A stretch of 64,000 bases of DNA, from the NCBI RefSeq assembly GCF_009914755.1, contig NC_060931.1; one strand, given 5' to 3'. Below the pieces are notes generated by a model. It saw nothing but the letters and a program-made list of their open reading frames with translations, did not search any database and was not told the DNA's origin. Positions 41,461 to 54,948 of this stretch are shown here, one piece after another (the first letter of the stretch is position 1; each line of letters begins with the position of its first letter). The position numbers and the translations under genes were made by a program. This DNA comes from the human T2T-CHM13v2.0 reference genome, Homo sapiens.

Positions 41461-43436
41461 TTTTCTTCATTTTCATGTGAAGTTAAACATCTATTCATCA
41501 TATAACCTAACAATTCTTTCCCCTGTTTTACGCAAGAAAAATGAAAACATGTATCTGCAAAAGGATTTGTACGTAAGGATTCATAGGAATTATATTCATC
41601 ATAACCCAAAACTGGAAATAACCCACGTTATTCAGTAAGTTATATCAATATTTGAATGGATAAACAAATGATGGCATATTCATACAACAGAATAGTTCTG
41701 AGTCATGTTCATGTTCTATGGACACTTCTGTAAATTCAATCTCATTTTCTCATTTAATAAGCATAATTCCTGCTAGAGTAGGAGCTATAAAATATGCTGC
41801 CCCTTAAATGATGTTGAAGAAATTTCCATATTAATGATTCATAATTACTTGTCATGTTCCATACTCACTCATATTGAACCCCAAAGTTATGTTATCATGT
41901 GCTAGTCTTTCTAAATCATTTGCTAAACAAATCAAGGAATCAGAGAGTATGGCATGTATGACAACACCTCATGTCATTATAGATATTTTAAGTATTTTAA
42001 ATAGCTCTTCATCCTCATTAAAACTGGGAACACTGTGGAGACTTCTAGATTTATGCATTATTTTTACTTATATAACACAGCTTTTCTTCATGTCCTCTTC
42101 TTCACTGCTTCACAAACCAACCTGACATGTTTAAAAACTTTATATTCCAATGTACATTTAGGGAATATTTTATAAAGAGACACAGAATTGCCCAGCACTT
42201 CACTCAAATGTTACTCATTAGACTTACCTCTTCCCAGGCTCTTCGGACTCTCAGCAGCTAGTTCCTCTCACAGTCTCAAACCCCCTTCTCCTCCCCCAAT
42301 CACCTATCTTCCCTCTCTCTCCACTCATTTCTCCCAGCAACCACTCCATCTCTCTGCTGGTCTCTTTTTTTTCACTCCTTTCTGTATCTCTCAGCATTTC
42401 TCATGCAGAACAATTTAATTCTCACTCCCCTTCAATTTTGAATTCAAGCAGTTGGCCCTCTGCTTAATACTGCCTTAAGCATTATCCGAAAATGAAGATT
42501 TCATTTCAAAGTTCTCAAATTACCAAAACTTATTCTTTTTGTGGATAAAAGGAATTGTAAGTAACATCTCTATTGTTTTACCCTTATTTTAGGATAGTTT
42601 CATAATGCATAATTAATGCTCTAAAAATAGTTGTAAAAGTTTCCTATGAAATGCATGATTAAAATATAAGATTGCCTTAATGAAAAAATAGCTCATGAAT
42701 TTTTATTATATTTTTAAAGTTTAACAACAAAGAAGATATGCCAAGCAAAAATATAACAATTTCTTACATGTGGAACATTTTTAGGTATAAAACAGAAAAA
42801 TATAATTTTCATGGAATAACTACTAGCTACAACCATATGCTAATATTTTCTAAGGTGATATTGTAACCTTAAAAAGCCCAGAGATTTCAAATTAGCCAAA
42901 GATGTGTCAGTTGAGTTATTCATTTATAGTAAGCTTTCAGGCCTTAGGACATCACCTATGAACTAAAAATGCTGAGTCAAAAGCCTACCAAGTGACTCAT
43001 CCTTTCTTATCTTCTTTTTCCACAATAACCATCTTTAGTCACTAATTCCCTAAGTCTAGAGGGAAGGAACTGACCCAAATGCCTTAAAAAAGTAGAACTT
43101 TCTTCCCAATGGACGTTTGAAGAAAGACCCCCACCAGCACTCGAAATTGCCAATCTTCCTAAATTTTGAAAAAGTATTAAATACATACATCTGAATAAAA
43201 TTATTATACTCACACAGGAATATATTTTCCTCTCTGCAGGAAAAATAGAGAAAACCATAAATATTTTATCAGAATGTAATTGTTCAGTGAGCCATCATTT
43301 CAACCACTTAGGAAAAATGGAGAGAAGAAAGTCACGTTCAATTATTATTTGACACTAACACCACATACAAAACAAAAATAAGTTTAAGATAACATCTATA
43401 AGTATAAATGCTATATAAATACTAGAAAATATTTAA

Positions 43437-43437
<1 letters not shown>

Positions 43438-43510
<73 letters not shown>
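43438..43510. repeat. (TG)n(AG)n compound microsatellite
   Basis: Visible repeat. Confidence 0.95.
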
Positions 43511-43511
<1 letters not shown>

Positions 43512-43704
43512 GGAGATTGCTTACTATTTGGTATAACTTGCAAAAAAAAATATTCATTTGGTTGTAGGGCAAACCTAGATTGGAAGGATAAGAATCATTG
43601 CACTTCACTTCCTCCAGGATCCATCTGTCATCTTTGGCTTAGAGACAGATAACTGTTTTCACTTAATTTGTTTTCCAGTTCATGTTTCTCAGATGTTTAA
43701 CATG

Positions 43705-44080
43705 GTATTTTGGAAAAGGCAAAACTATGGAGACAGGAAAAAGATCAGGGGTTGCCAGGAGTTTAAGGGAAGGGAAGGATGAATAGGCAGAGCATAGAGA
43801 TTATTAGGGCAATGAAATTATTCTGTATGATACTGTAATGGTAGATATGTGCCCTTATGCATCTGTCAAAAGCCACAATAAGTAAAATCTAATGTAAACT
43901 ATGGATTTTAGTGATAATATATTAATATTGGCTTATCAACTGAAACAAATGTACAACTAATACAATGTCTCAGGAACAGGGAAAACTGAGATGAGAGGGT
44001 AATATAGGAAATCTCTTTACTTTCAACTCATTTTTCTACAAACCTAAAACTGATATAAAAAGAAGTCTATTAGTTAAAAT
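43705..44080 (+). mobile_element. L1MC-like 3' end
   Basis: GGAAAAGGCAAAACTATGGAGACAG...TGATACTGTAATGGTAGAT...AATGTAAACTATGGA. Confidence 0.75.
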
Positions 44081-44251
44081 TCAGAAAAGGAGAAAAACAT
44101 TGATAAGAAAATACTTTTTTAAATGGAAGACATATAAAAAAACATAAATTAGGCCTTACTGAGGATTTCTGTGGGTCACTGAAGTGGTGTTTGCATAACA
44201 TATTACATATGAAATTTTCCTAAAACTGTCCTTGAGTACATGTCCCTTTTT

Positions 44252-44736
44252 CATGTTTTTGTTTCAATCATTTTGGGGGTACAGGTAGTTTTCGGTTACA
44301 TGAATAAGTTATTTTGTGGTGATTTCTGAAATTTTGGTGCACCCGTCACCCAAGCAGTGTACACTGTACTCAATATGTAGTCTTTTTTTCCTCACCTCCC
44401 TCCCACCCTTCGCCCCAAGTCCCCAAAGTCCATTATAGCATTCTTATGCCTTTATGTCCTCACAGATTAGCTCCCACTTATAAGTGAGAACATACGATAT
44501 TTGGTTTTCCATTCCTGAGTTACTTCACTTAGAATAATGGCCTCTAGTTCCATCCAAGTTGCTGCAAAAGACATTATTTCATTCCTTTTTATGGCTGAGT
44601 AGTATTCCACGGTGTATATACCCACATTTTCTTTACCCACTCATTGGTTGATGGGCGCTTAGGTTCGTTCTATATCTTTGCAATTGCGAATTGTGCTGCT
44701 ATAGACATGCATGTGCATGTATCTTTTTTACATAAC
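44252..44736 (-). mobile_element. L1PB (L1PB1-like) 3' end
   Basis: TTTGGGGGTACAGGTAGTTTTCGGTTACATGAATAAG...; approximate TSD GTAC(AT)GTCCCTTTTT. Confidence 0.85.
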
Positions 44737-44754
44737 GTACGTCCCTTTTTTAAA

Positions 44755-44884
44755 AATAATTATTTTGTAGAGAAGAGATCTTGCTAAGTTGCCCAGCTGG
44801 CCTTGAACTCCTGGCATCAAGCAATCCTCCCGCCTCAGCCTCCTGAAGTGCTGGGATTACAGGCATAAGCCATCGCGCCCAGCC
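44755..44884 (-). mobile_element. FLAM_C-like Alu monomer
   Basis: Single left-monomer antisense sequence. Confidence 0.8.
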
Positions 44885-45756
44885 CATATGTCTTCCTTTT
44901 TCCTAGGTCTGCTCCTCACAGCAGCAGCTTAAATCTTTCCTTCTATTTCTCTCTAACCTCACAGGCCCTTGCTAATTTTGCTCCTCACTTGTAGCATCTT
45001 TTTTTTATTTTTGTCATGAAAAGAAATTTAGACTTTCAGGCTTCCGGATCCAGCGTGTTCATCTGTTATGCTGTTAACAGTATCACAACAAAAGCATGGT
45101 AGGTGAGTAAGACAAAAAGAGAGCCCTCCTCCCAAGGTAGATTATGGTTGGGTGGGAGAGAGGTGGCTGGGAAGGTTTGCAGACCTGCTTTCACCATCAC
45201 CATCTTGCCACCTGTCTGAGGAGTGAGGAAAAGGAGAAGAAAGGTTTCCAGCATGGCAACAGTGTGGCCAGGAGTGCAATTCACTTGAGATATAGGAGAG
45301 GAAATGAATTCCTGGGGGAAAGTGAGGGATTTGACCAATATTCAATCCAACTATAATGTATCCCATACTACAGGTAAGATTAAGTTGCCAGTTACATAGA
45401 GGAAAAACTCATGATGAATAGTAATTTGAACAAGGCTATATGTAGCACTGCATTCACTAGTGTAAGAATCTTGGATCTCATCTACCAGTGTTCAGAAGAG
45501 TATCGAGAGAGTATAGACAGTAGCTAGAAAAGGCACTTACTAAACTTCTTTACATGCCCTTTCTGTTGTTTCTTTCTGAATTTTCTGAATTAAAGCAATG
45601 CACAACACATTTTGAGAGTAAAAGTAAAGAGCATTTTTGGTTAAATTAACATGAGTACTTTATCCAGATCTTTTGCTGACCCATGCTTCTCAATTTGGAT
45701 TTTTTTTCTACTTATAAAAATGCTACACAGAAAATGTTGGGGTATAGAGCTGTCAT

Positions 45757-45800
45757 TTCCTTCCTTCCTTCCTTCCTTGCTTCCTTCCTTCCTTCCTTCC
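45757..45800. repeat. (TTCC)n microsatellite
   Basis: Visible repeat. Confidence 0.9.
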
Positions 45801-46058
45801 TAAGTAAGATAATACAAAAGAAATAAAAGACGTGCTGTCTCATAGGAGATGAGACACGTCTATATAAGTCCTAGGAATTCTAATTTAATTTGCATACCAA
45901 GGACATCTAAAGGAGAAAAATGTATTCTAATTAGGGTCTGGCTTCTAATGTATTATAAAAGTAACTTGTTAAATGAGATTTTGTGTTTTACTGGAAAATT
46001 CTTTTTCATAAAATTATTGACTGAAGATTAGTCCTTGATAAGCAAATCAATTTTGTAA

Positions 46059-46399
<341 letters not shown>

Positions 46400-47544
46400 T
46401 CAGTGCATTTTTTTTACAGTCATAGAGCAATGCCTATAATCATCCTTCATACATCTCAGATCAAAACAAATAATTCTGTCTTACAAGAGGAGTGCCCTTA
46501 GACATTAAATAATAAATTCGCTAAAGGCATTATTTTATATATGGTTTGTGACATAGTGCCTATGAAAACCTAATTCAAAAAAATAATAAATTACAAAATA
46601 GCTACTAAGGGTATAAGGAGACATTAACTATGGATTAGAAAAACCTTCTTAAAGCAGACAGATTCTCAGAAAGTGTTGAAAGAGACTGGTCGTCACAAAG
46701 GTTGAGTTAAACATGATTTAGGTGAGTATATTTCATTATGTACATTAATGTAAGTTGTTGTAAGACCTCAAGTAAGACATATAAGAAATAAAAACACATT
46801 GGTGTACAACATGACAACTTTTCTTCACCAGCTGCATTTGCTGAGAATCCAAAGGACATTTCAGATGAGGGGGTGATGAAAGTCAAGGCAGAGACATGTG
46901 AACAGGAAAGATGAGCATAAGAAAGGCAGAAGCCCATCTAGGGAGACATAGGGACAGGACAGAGAAGGACAGAGTACAAGAAACAAGGAGGAGGAATTAC
47001 ATTTTTAAATGCATTACCAATTAAAAGAAAAAAAAATCAGTGTAAAAATAAAGGCTTTGCCTCTAACTAGTTTTGTGACTTTGGGCAGCCATTCCACTTC
47101 CTTGGCCTCAGATATTGGGCACAGTAACTTCCAGGTATTTACTGCTCTATTACTTAATCATTCCACTATAGCTATGTTTATGTTCACATGTTATTTTTAC
47201 TTCACAGAATGATTGTTTTAATTCAGGTGAGTGCAATAAACAGATGACAAAAGACTGAAGTGTTTTCTAAGATGAGCAAGAATGATGATGCCCAGCTAAC
47301 TGGAGGATGCTTTTGTTTCAAACCAGAAACAAGTGGTAATAGGATATATGAGATTAAGGATCCAACTTAGTGAATGAACACAATTACCTTCCTGCCATAA
47401 TTACATATTTTTGTATCCTGTTTCTTGCAGTAAGCAAGCACCTAAAGCACCCCTGGCTAAGCCTACCATCGAACTCTTCAAAATGTTTCCATTCATCAGC
47501 CAAGTAGCAGTACATTATGTTCCCTTTTGTTTTATTGATGACAT

Positions 47545-48340
47545 ATTTTAATCAACTTTATTGAAGTGTAATTTTCACATGTAAACTACACTCATGTTAA
47601 CTGTACATTTCAATGAGTTTTTGCAAATGTATATACTATGTAACCACCACTACAGTCAAGATATACTATACGCCCATCACCTCTGAAGCTCTTTGTGTCC
47701 TTTCTAAATCAGTGAGCTGTCCCCCTTTCCAGCCTGTTCCCAGGCAAACATTGACCTTCACTCTGTCACTTTAGATTAGTTTCTTATAAATGTAATCATA
47801 CAGTATGTACTGTTCAGAATCTGGTTACTTTTACTCAGCGTAATACTTTAGAGATTCATCTATGGTGTTGCATTTACCAGTACATTGTTCTGTTTTATTG
47901 TTGAGTAACACTCTATGTTATAAATGTACCATTATTTGTTTATCCACCACCATTTGATGAACACCTGGGTTATTTCCATTTCTGGCAATTGTGAATAAGG
48001 TTGCTATGAACATTCATGCATCAGAGCCTGTTAACTTTTCATTTCTCTTGGATAAAAATCTAGGAGGAGAATTACTAAATCATATGTAAAGGGTATGTCA
48101 ACCTTATAATAAACTGTCAAACTGTTTTCCAAAGTGATTGTACATGTATCCTGCCAAAATCAATGTATGATAGTTCCAATGGTTCTACATCCTGGCCAAC
48201 ACTTAGTATGGTTGGTCGTATAAATTTAGGTAACCTAAAAGGTTTGAAGTTGTATTTCATAATGGTTTTAATTTGTATTTCTCTGATGATTAATGATGTT
48301 GAGCATCTTTTCTTGTGCTTATTGGCCATTTGTATTTTGC
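47545..48340 (-). mobile_element. Old L1M (L1MB/ME-like) 3' region
   Basis: ORF 48117-48374 resembles the ORF2 C-terminus ([16 protein letters not shown]); L1M 3'UTR text. Confidence 0.8.
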
Positions 48341-48379
48341 TTCTCCTTCCTCTCCTTTGCGTCGTTGCTGTCATTTATA

Positions 48380-50140
48380 TTTTACTTCTACATGTCTTAT
48401 AAACTACCAAAGCACATCACTATTTTTACTTTAAGCAATCAAATGCTTTTTAAAGATACTAAAAATTAAGGCCAAATATCCCCATATTTAAGCATATATT
48501 TAGTGTTGCCAGTGCTCTTCATTTCATTGTGTTCATGCAAATTTCTAACTGATATGATTTCCTCTCTACATGAAGAACTTCCTTTAACATTTCTTCTGAC
48601 TTAGGTCTGCTGAAAACAAATGTTTTCTATTTTTTTCTGAGAGTGTCTTTAATTTGGTTTTCTTCTGGGGGGGAGTTTTGCTGTTTATAGACTTTTAGAT
48701 TGATAGCCTTTTTAAAAAATGTATTTCAGCACTTTATAGATGTCCTTGCATTGTCCTCTGCTCACATAATTACAGATAAGAAATCTACTGTAAGTTTTAT
48801 GTTTTTTTCTTTGTAATGTAATGTCTTTTTTCTTTAGTTGCTTTTTAAAAATATCATTTTCTGGTAGTTTTCAGATATTTGATTATGATGTACCTTGAGG
48901 TGTTTATGTAAGCATTGTGTGCATCTATCCTGTTTGGGGTCCATTTAAGCTTTTGGGATCTGCGGATTTAAGTTTTCATTAGTTTCGGAAAATTTGGAGC
49001 CATCATTTCTTCACATATTTTTTTAGTGCCCCTACGATCTAATTATACCTATATAAATAGGTCTGTACAATATTGTCCTCAGAGGTCACCAAGGCTCTGT
49101 TAGTTTTCTTTCTTTTATCTCTTTTTGTTTTCAATAGGTTCTATTACAATATATTCAAGTATGCTGATCTTTTCTGCTGCGCTATTCATTCTGCTATTAC
49201 TCCTATCCAGAATTTTTTTATATATTGTATTTTTTATTCCTATAAGTTCTATTTCATTTTTTTAACAATTTATGTTACTTCCCTCACTATGCTCATGTTT
49301 TTAATAATAAACATAATTATACTGGCTATTTTAACATCTTTATCTGTTAATTCTAACAACATTTGTCATTTTGGTACTTTTTCCTATTTACTGATCTGTA
49401 TCCAGTTATGGGTATATTGTCCTTATTCTTGGCATGTTTATTAACTTTTATTGGATGCTAGATATGGTAAATGTAACACTCTTAAGCATCTAGATATTGT
49501 TTTCTTCCTTTACAAAAACAACTTGAATATCAATTTCATGACTTTCAGGCCTGTTTATTCGCTTTGCTGGAGAACGTCTAATAGTAGCTTCACTCCAGTG
49601 CTGGTTCACTCCTGCTTGTAAGGCAGGACTCCAGGAGTCTCCACCAAATTTCCCAGATCATCATCAAGGACTTCATTCTGGAAGGCCAGAGCTCAAATGT
49701 CTTCCTGTCCTTTGTGAGCTCTGGGAATTTTTCAGTTTGCAACTCCTTGGCCATCCTTAGCCCATCTTCGTGGAGCTTAATTCTACACATGGGCAGCTTG
49801 GTACTCAACAAAGATCAGAGAGGAGCCCATGCAGGTTTATGGAGTTCTCTTATTGAGTGCCCCCTTTTCCAAAACTTTGCTAGCTGCCTCAGATTCTCCA
49901 ACTCTGGTCTCCATTTTCACAACTCATCAATGATTACAAGATCTGTTTGGATTTTCCTCCCTGTGCCAACAGTTAGAAATTGACTCTAAGAAGAAAGCCA
50001 AGACAATCATAGGATTCGTAGTTGTTACTATTCTCAGAAAGATCACAGCACTGTGCTGTTTTTCTCCAACCACTAAAGATAGTTGTTTTATTATTTTGTT
50101 TAGTTGTTTAATTGTTCACTATGGAAAGTTAGAGCTGGTC
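48380..50140 (-). mobile_element. Old L1M 5'/ORF1-region fragments
   Basis: T-rich antisense L1M-like text (AAGAACTTCCTTTAACATTTCTT, TTTGATTATGATGTACCTTG, GGAAAATTTGGAGCCATCATTTCTTC). Confidence 0.6.
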
Positions 50141-51023
50141 TTGGATACTTTGTTTTTAACCAAACTTTGATAAAGGATTTTTTCCAGGGTGGGATTGCAT
50201 AGTAAGTATGGACTCATACTAGGTGGAGTTTACATGGCAACTTCTCTTAGAAATTGCTACACATGGGCATTCAAATTGGTAATAAGGAAGTCAAACTGTT
50301 GCTGTTTGCTGATGACATGATCATATACCTAGAAAACTGGAAAGACTCATCCAAAAAGCTCCTAGAACTGGTAAATAAATTCAGCAAAGTTTCAGGATAC
50401 AAAATTAACATACACAAATCAGTAGCTCTGCTATACACCAACAGCGACCAAGCTAAGAATCAAATCAAGAACTCAACCCCTTTCACAATAACTGCAAAAA
50501 AATAAAATAAAATACTTAGGAATATACCTAACCAAGGAGGTTAAAGATCTCTACAATGAAAACTACAAAACACTGCTGAAAGAAATCATAGATGAAACAA
50601 ATGGAAACACATCCCATGCTCATGGATGGGCAGAATCAATACTGTGAAAATGATCACACTGCCAAAAGCAATCTACAAATTCAATGCAATTCCCGTCAAA
50701 ATACCACCATTATTTTTCACAGAATTAGAAAACACAATTCTAAAATTCATATGACACCAAAAAAAGAACCCACATGGCCAAAGAAAGCCTAAGCAAAATG
50801 AACAAATCCAAAGGCATCACATTACCCGACTACGAGGAAGCCATAGTCACCAAAACAGCATGGTACTGGTATAAAAATAGGCATATAGACCAATGGAACA
50901 GAATAGAGAACCCAGAAATAAAGCCAAATACTTACAGTCAACTGATTTTCGACAAAGCAAACAAAAACATAAAATGGAGAAAGAACACCCTATTCAACAA
51001 ATGATGCTAGGATAATTGACAAG

Positions 51024-51338
51024 TGTACACTGCTTGAGTGAGGGGGTGCAGAAATCGCCACTAAAGAACTTATTCATGTAACCAAATACCACATGTTCCC
51101 CAAAAATCTATTGAAATTTAATTAAAAAAATGCTACCTGAAGCAACGTCTTGTCATTACAACTTCAATATTTTAACAAAGCAATGTATTGTAATTACAAC
51201 TTCAATATTTTAACAAAGACATTTACTGTTATGTTATAACTGGTTGTAGACAATCACCTCTGACCGCACTAAGCTCAAAAGTACCATATATCATAGACAA
51301 CAAATATAGCCATTTAAAATTAATTTAATTAAATTCTT
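51024..51338 (+). repeat. Inserted direct copy of 53075-53341 plus AT filler
   Basis: Contains the L1PB 3' end and the unique downstream flank; L1 ORF2 resumes at 51339. Confidence 0.9.
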
Positions 51339-52357
51339 CACATGTAGAAGAATGAAATTGGATCCTCATCTCTCACCCTATTTTAAAAAATCAACTCATA
51401 AAAGATCAAAGACTTAAATCTAAGACCTGAAACCATAAAGATTCTAAAATATAACATTGGAAAAACCTTCTAGACATTAGCTTAGGGAAAGACTTCATGA
51501 CCAAGAACCCAAAAGCAAATGTAACAAAAACAAAGATAAATCGATGGGACTTAAGTAAAGTAAAAGGCTCTTGCACAGCAAAAGAAATAATCAGCAGAGT
51601 AAACAGACAACCCACAGAGTGGGAGAAAATCTTGACAATGTATACATCCAACAAAAGATTAATATCCAGAATCTACAAGGAACGCAAACAAATCAGCAAG
51701 ATTTCTTCCCATCAAAAAGTGGACTAAGGACACAAATAGGCAGTTCTCAAAAGAAGTTATACAAATGGCCAACAAACATGAAAAATTTCTCGACATCACT
51801 AATTATCAGGGAAATGCAAATCAAAATTACAATGCGATACCACCTCACTCCTGCAAGAATGGCCATAATCAAAAAATCAAAAAATAAGAGATGTTGGCGT
51901 GGCAGTGGTAGAAAGGGAACACCTTTACACTGTTGGTGGGAATGTAAACTAGTACAACCACTATGGAAAATAGTGTGGAGATTCCTTAAAGAACTAAAAG
52001 TAGATCTACCATTTGATCCAGCAATCCCACTATTGCGTATCTACCCAGAGGAAAAGAAGTCATTATACGAAAAAGATACCTGCACGTGCATGTTTACAGC
52101 AGGACAATTTGCGATTGCAAAAATGTGGAACCAGCCAAAACGCCCATCAACCAGCGAGAGGATAAAGAAAATGTGGTATGTATGTGTGTAAAAATATGGA
52201 ATACTACTCAGCCACAAAAAGGAACAAAATAAGGCATTTGCTGCAACCTGGATAAAATTGGAGACTATTATTCTAAGTGAAGTAACTCAGGAATGGAAAA
52301 CTGAACATGTTCTCACTCATAAATGGGAGCTAAGCTATGAGGACACAAAGGAATAAG

Positions 52358-52995
52358 ACACTGTTGGTGGGACTGTAAACTAGTTCAACCATTGTGGAAG
52401 ACAGTGTGGCGATTCCTCAAGGATCTAGAACTAGAAATACCATTTGACCCAGCCATCCCATTACTGGGTATATACCCAAAGGATTATAAATCATGCTGCT
52501 ATAAAGACACATGCACACATATGTTTATTACAGCACTATTCACAATAGCAAAGACTTGGAACCAACCCAAATGTCCATCAATGATAGACTGGATTAAGAA
52601 AATGTGGCACATATATACCGTGGAATACTATGCAGCCATAAAAAAGGATGAGTTCTTGTCCTTTGTAGGGACATGGATGAAGCTGGAAACCATCATTCTC
52701 AGCAAACTATTGCAAGGACAAAAACCCAAACACCGCATGTTCTCACTCATAGGTGGGAATTGAACAATGAGAACACTTGGACTCAGGAAGGGGAACATCA
52801 CACACCGGGGCCTGTCGTGGGGTGGTGGGAGGGGGGAGGGAGAGCGTTAGGAGGTATACCTAATGTAAATGACGAGTTAATGGGTGCAGCACACCAATAT
52901 GACACATGAATACATATGTAACAAACCTGCACATTGTGCACATGTACCCTAGAACTTAAAGTATAATAATAAAATAATAATAATAATAATAAAAA
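52358..52995 (+). mobile_element. L1PA (L1PA4/5-like) 3' end nested in L1PB
   Basis: ORF2 C-terminus ([25 protein letters not shown]), L1PA 3'UTR and (AAT)n tail. Confidence 0.92.
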
Positions 52996-54040
52996 GAATG
53001 ATACAATGGACTTTGGGGAATTGGGGGAAAGTGTGTGAGGGGGTGAGGGATAAAAGACTACACATTGAGTAGAGTGTACACTGCTCAGGTGAGGGGTGCA
53101 TCAAAATCTCAGAAATCACCACTAAAGAACTTATTCATGTAACCAAACACCACCTGTTCCCCAGAAACCTATTGAAATTTAAAGAAAAAGAAATTGCTAC
53201 CAGAAGCAATGTCTTGTAATTACAACTTCAATATTTTAACAAAGACATTTACTGTTATGTTATAACTGGTTGTAGACAATCACCTCTGACCACACTAATC
53301 CCAAAAGTACCATATATCAGAGACAACAAATATAGCCATTTTTTTGAAAGCCATTTTATAATAATTTAATTTAGCCAAAAAGTTTGTAATTTTAGATTAC
53401 ATATGCACACAGAAATTTATTATCATCACAGTACAGCCAAATTGTCACTTTGTTTCACCAGTGTGTGTATATATGTATACACATATTCAAATTGTGACGG
53501 CTTCATTAAGAATGCTAAGCTGTTTAAAGCATTCTCTGATTGTTTCTAATACTCCCAAATGGATTCCACCAATGTTTCCATTTGGCCAATCTGACATTCA
53601 GCTGTGTCACGTAGTGGCATCCAACATCCTCTCCTTCATTGAACCTTACTGAAGAACCTAACGCCTGCTCCACTGACGGTGACACCAACCCAAAAGCTGT
53701 GCCATGCATGCTGAATCCTGAAGATCTCAAAACCATTACACTTTGGGATTCCAAAGCAGAACTGGACCCATGAAGAGTCAAGGAGGAATGGGTCTCAAAG
53801 TATCTCCAGTATGTCCATAATATTACAAAATCTTTCATGCAAACAGGTTTTCCAACTTCTTGCTTTTCTGTTCTAACCCCAAAGGTCCAATTCCAGTCCA
53901 AAGAGCTAGGCTGGGAATATATTCTATGCCATCCCTTCAATTTTCCTGGTTGGCCCATTTTCTACGATCCCTGCCTTCAACCAAACTCAGAGCTTGGTGG
54001 CAAAACAGATGCTGCATGCATACCAACAGGACATAGACTG

Positions 54041-54044
<4 letters not shown>

Positions 54045-54080
<36 letters not shown>
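54045..54080. repeat. (TG)n microsatellite
   Basis: Visible repeat. Confidence 0.95.
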
Positions 54081-54082
<2 letters not shown>

Positions 54083-54373
54083 CATGTGCAAGTGTACATG
54101 TCTATGTTTTGACTGGGGGTGAAAGGGAGGCTATGGAATGTTTTACATTCCAGGAATATCTGCATCACAATCCAGACAGTGAAAAATACATTTTAATAGG
54201 CTATTAAAAACTCACTGAAATTTCAGAAGCCATCAAAATGGTACCTACATAATTTATAGTTTATAATGTATACATTTTACTCTTTTAAATTCCTTTAGTA
54301 TTTTCAAAATCCAAAGGATTCTGAAGTATCTTAAAATAATTACCATTTTAAGACACTTAAAGTAAGCAATTTA

Positions 54374-54530
54374 GGCTGGGCGCAGTGACTCACGCCTGTA
54401 ATCCCAGCACTTTGGGAGGTTGAGGTGGAAGAATTGCTGGAACCCAGGAGGCAGAGGTTGCAGTGACCTGAGATCACACTACTACACTGCAGCCAGAGTG
54501 ACAGAGTAAGACTCCATCTCAAAAAAAAGA
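54374..54530 (+). mobile_element. Monomer-length Alu (left-arm start fused to right-arm end)
   Basis: Left-arm GTAATCCCAGCACTTTGGGAGG joined to right-arm AGAATTGC...GAGGTTGCAGTG; TSD AAAGTAAGCAATTTA at 54359-54373 and 54531-54545. Confidence 0.88.
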
Positions 54531-54817
54531 AAAGTAAGCAATTTAGATGCTCACTAAGGTGTCATTTTAATATAAAAGAGTATAATGAGTCATAGCATGC
54601 ACAAGTTAGAAGACAAAGAAAATTGTGAAAAATATGCTCAAGAAAATATACTACAGAAAATAACCTGGGGAACTATGTAATAAATTCTACAATGCCTACA
54701 ATTAAAGTAAATAAATATCAAACTCTACTATGCTGTGTAAAATATGCAGAAGAGCATCTAACATCTATTTTGCAAAGCATTTACACAGCTTACAGAATAT
54801 TTACAATTCATAATCAT

Positions 54818-54948
54818 CTTTTGTTTTACTTAGAGATGAGGTCTCACTATGTTGTACAGGCTTGACTCAAACTTCTGGCCTCAAGCGATCCTCCCACCTC
54901 AGCTGCCCAAGTAGATGGGACTACAGGCATGCACCACCACACCCAGCC
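54818..54948 (-). mobile_element. FLAM/FAM-like Alu monomer
   Basis: Single antisense monomer GAGATGAGGTCTCACTATGTTG...CACCACACCCAGCC. Confidence 0.75.

Larger units (their letters stand above)
38830..41700 (+). mobile_element. Old L1M ORF2/3' region interrupted by a MaLR LTR, AluJ and a microsatellite
   Basis: Decayed ORF2 (e.g. ORF 39508-39741 ...GRLHVIKMPILHKLIYRFNTI). Confidence 0.8.
50261..53188 (+). mobile_element. L1PB1-like 5'-truncated element, interrupted twice
   Basis: ORF2 pieces ([12 protein letters not shown]; [19 protein letters not shown]) and L1PB1 3'UTR; TSD AGAAATTGCTAC at 50249-50260 and 53189-53200. Confidence 0.9.

Noticed and set aside
53461-54040. Non-repeat block with 144-aa minus ORF (53524-53958), CCAAT and TCACGT motifs
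   Set aside because: No protein similarity recognised; short motifs are expected by chance.
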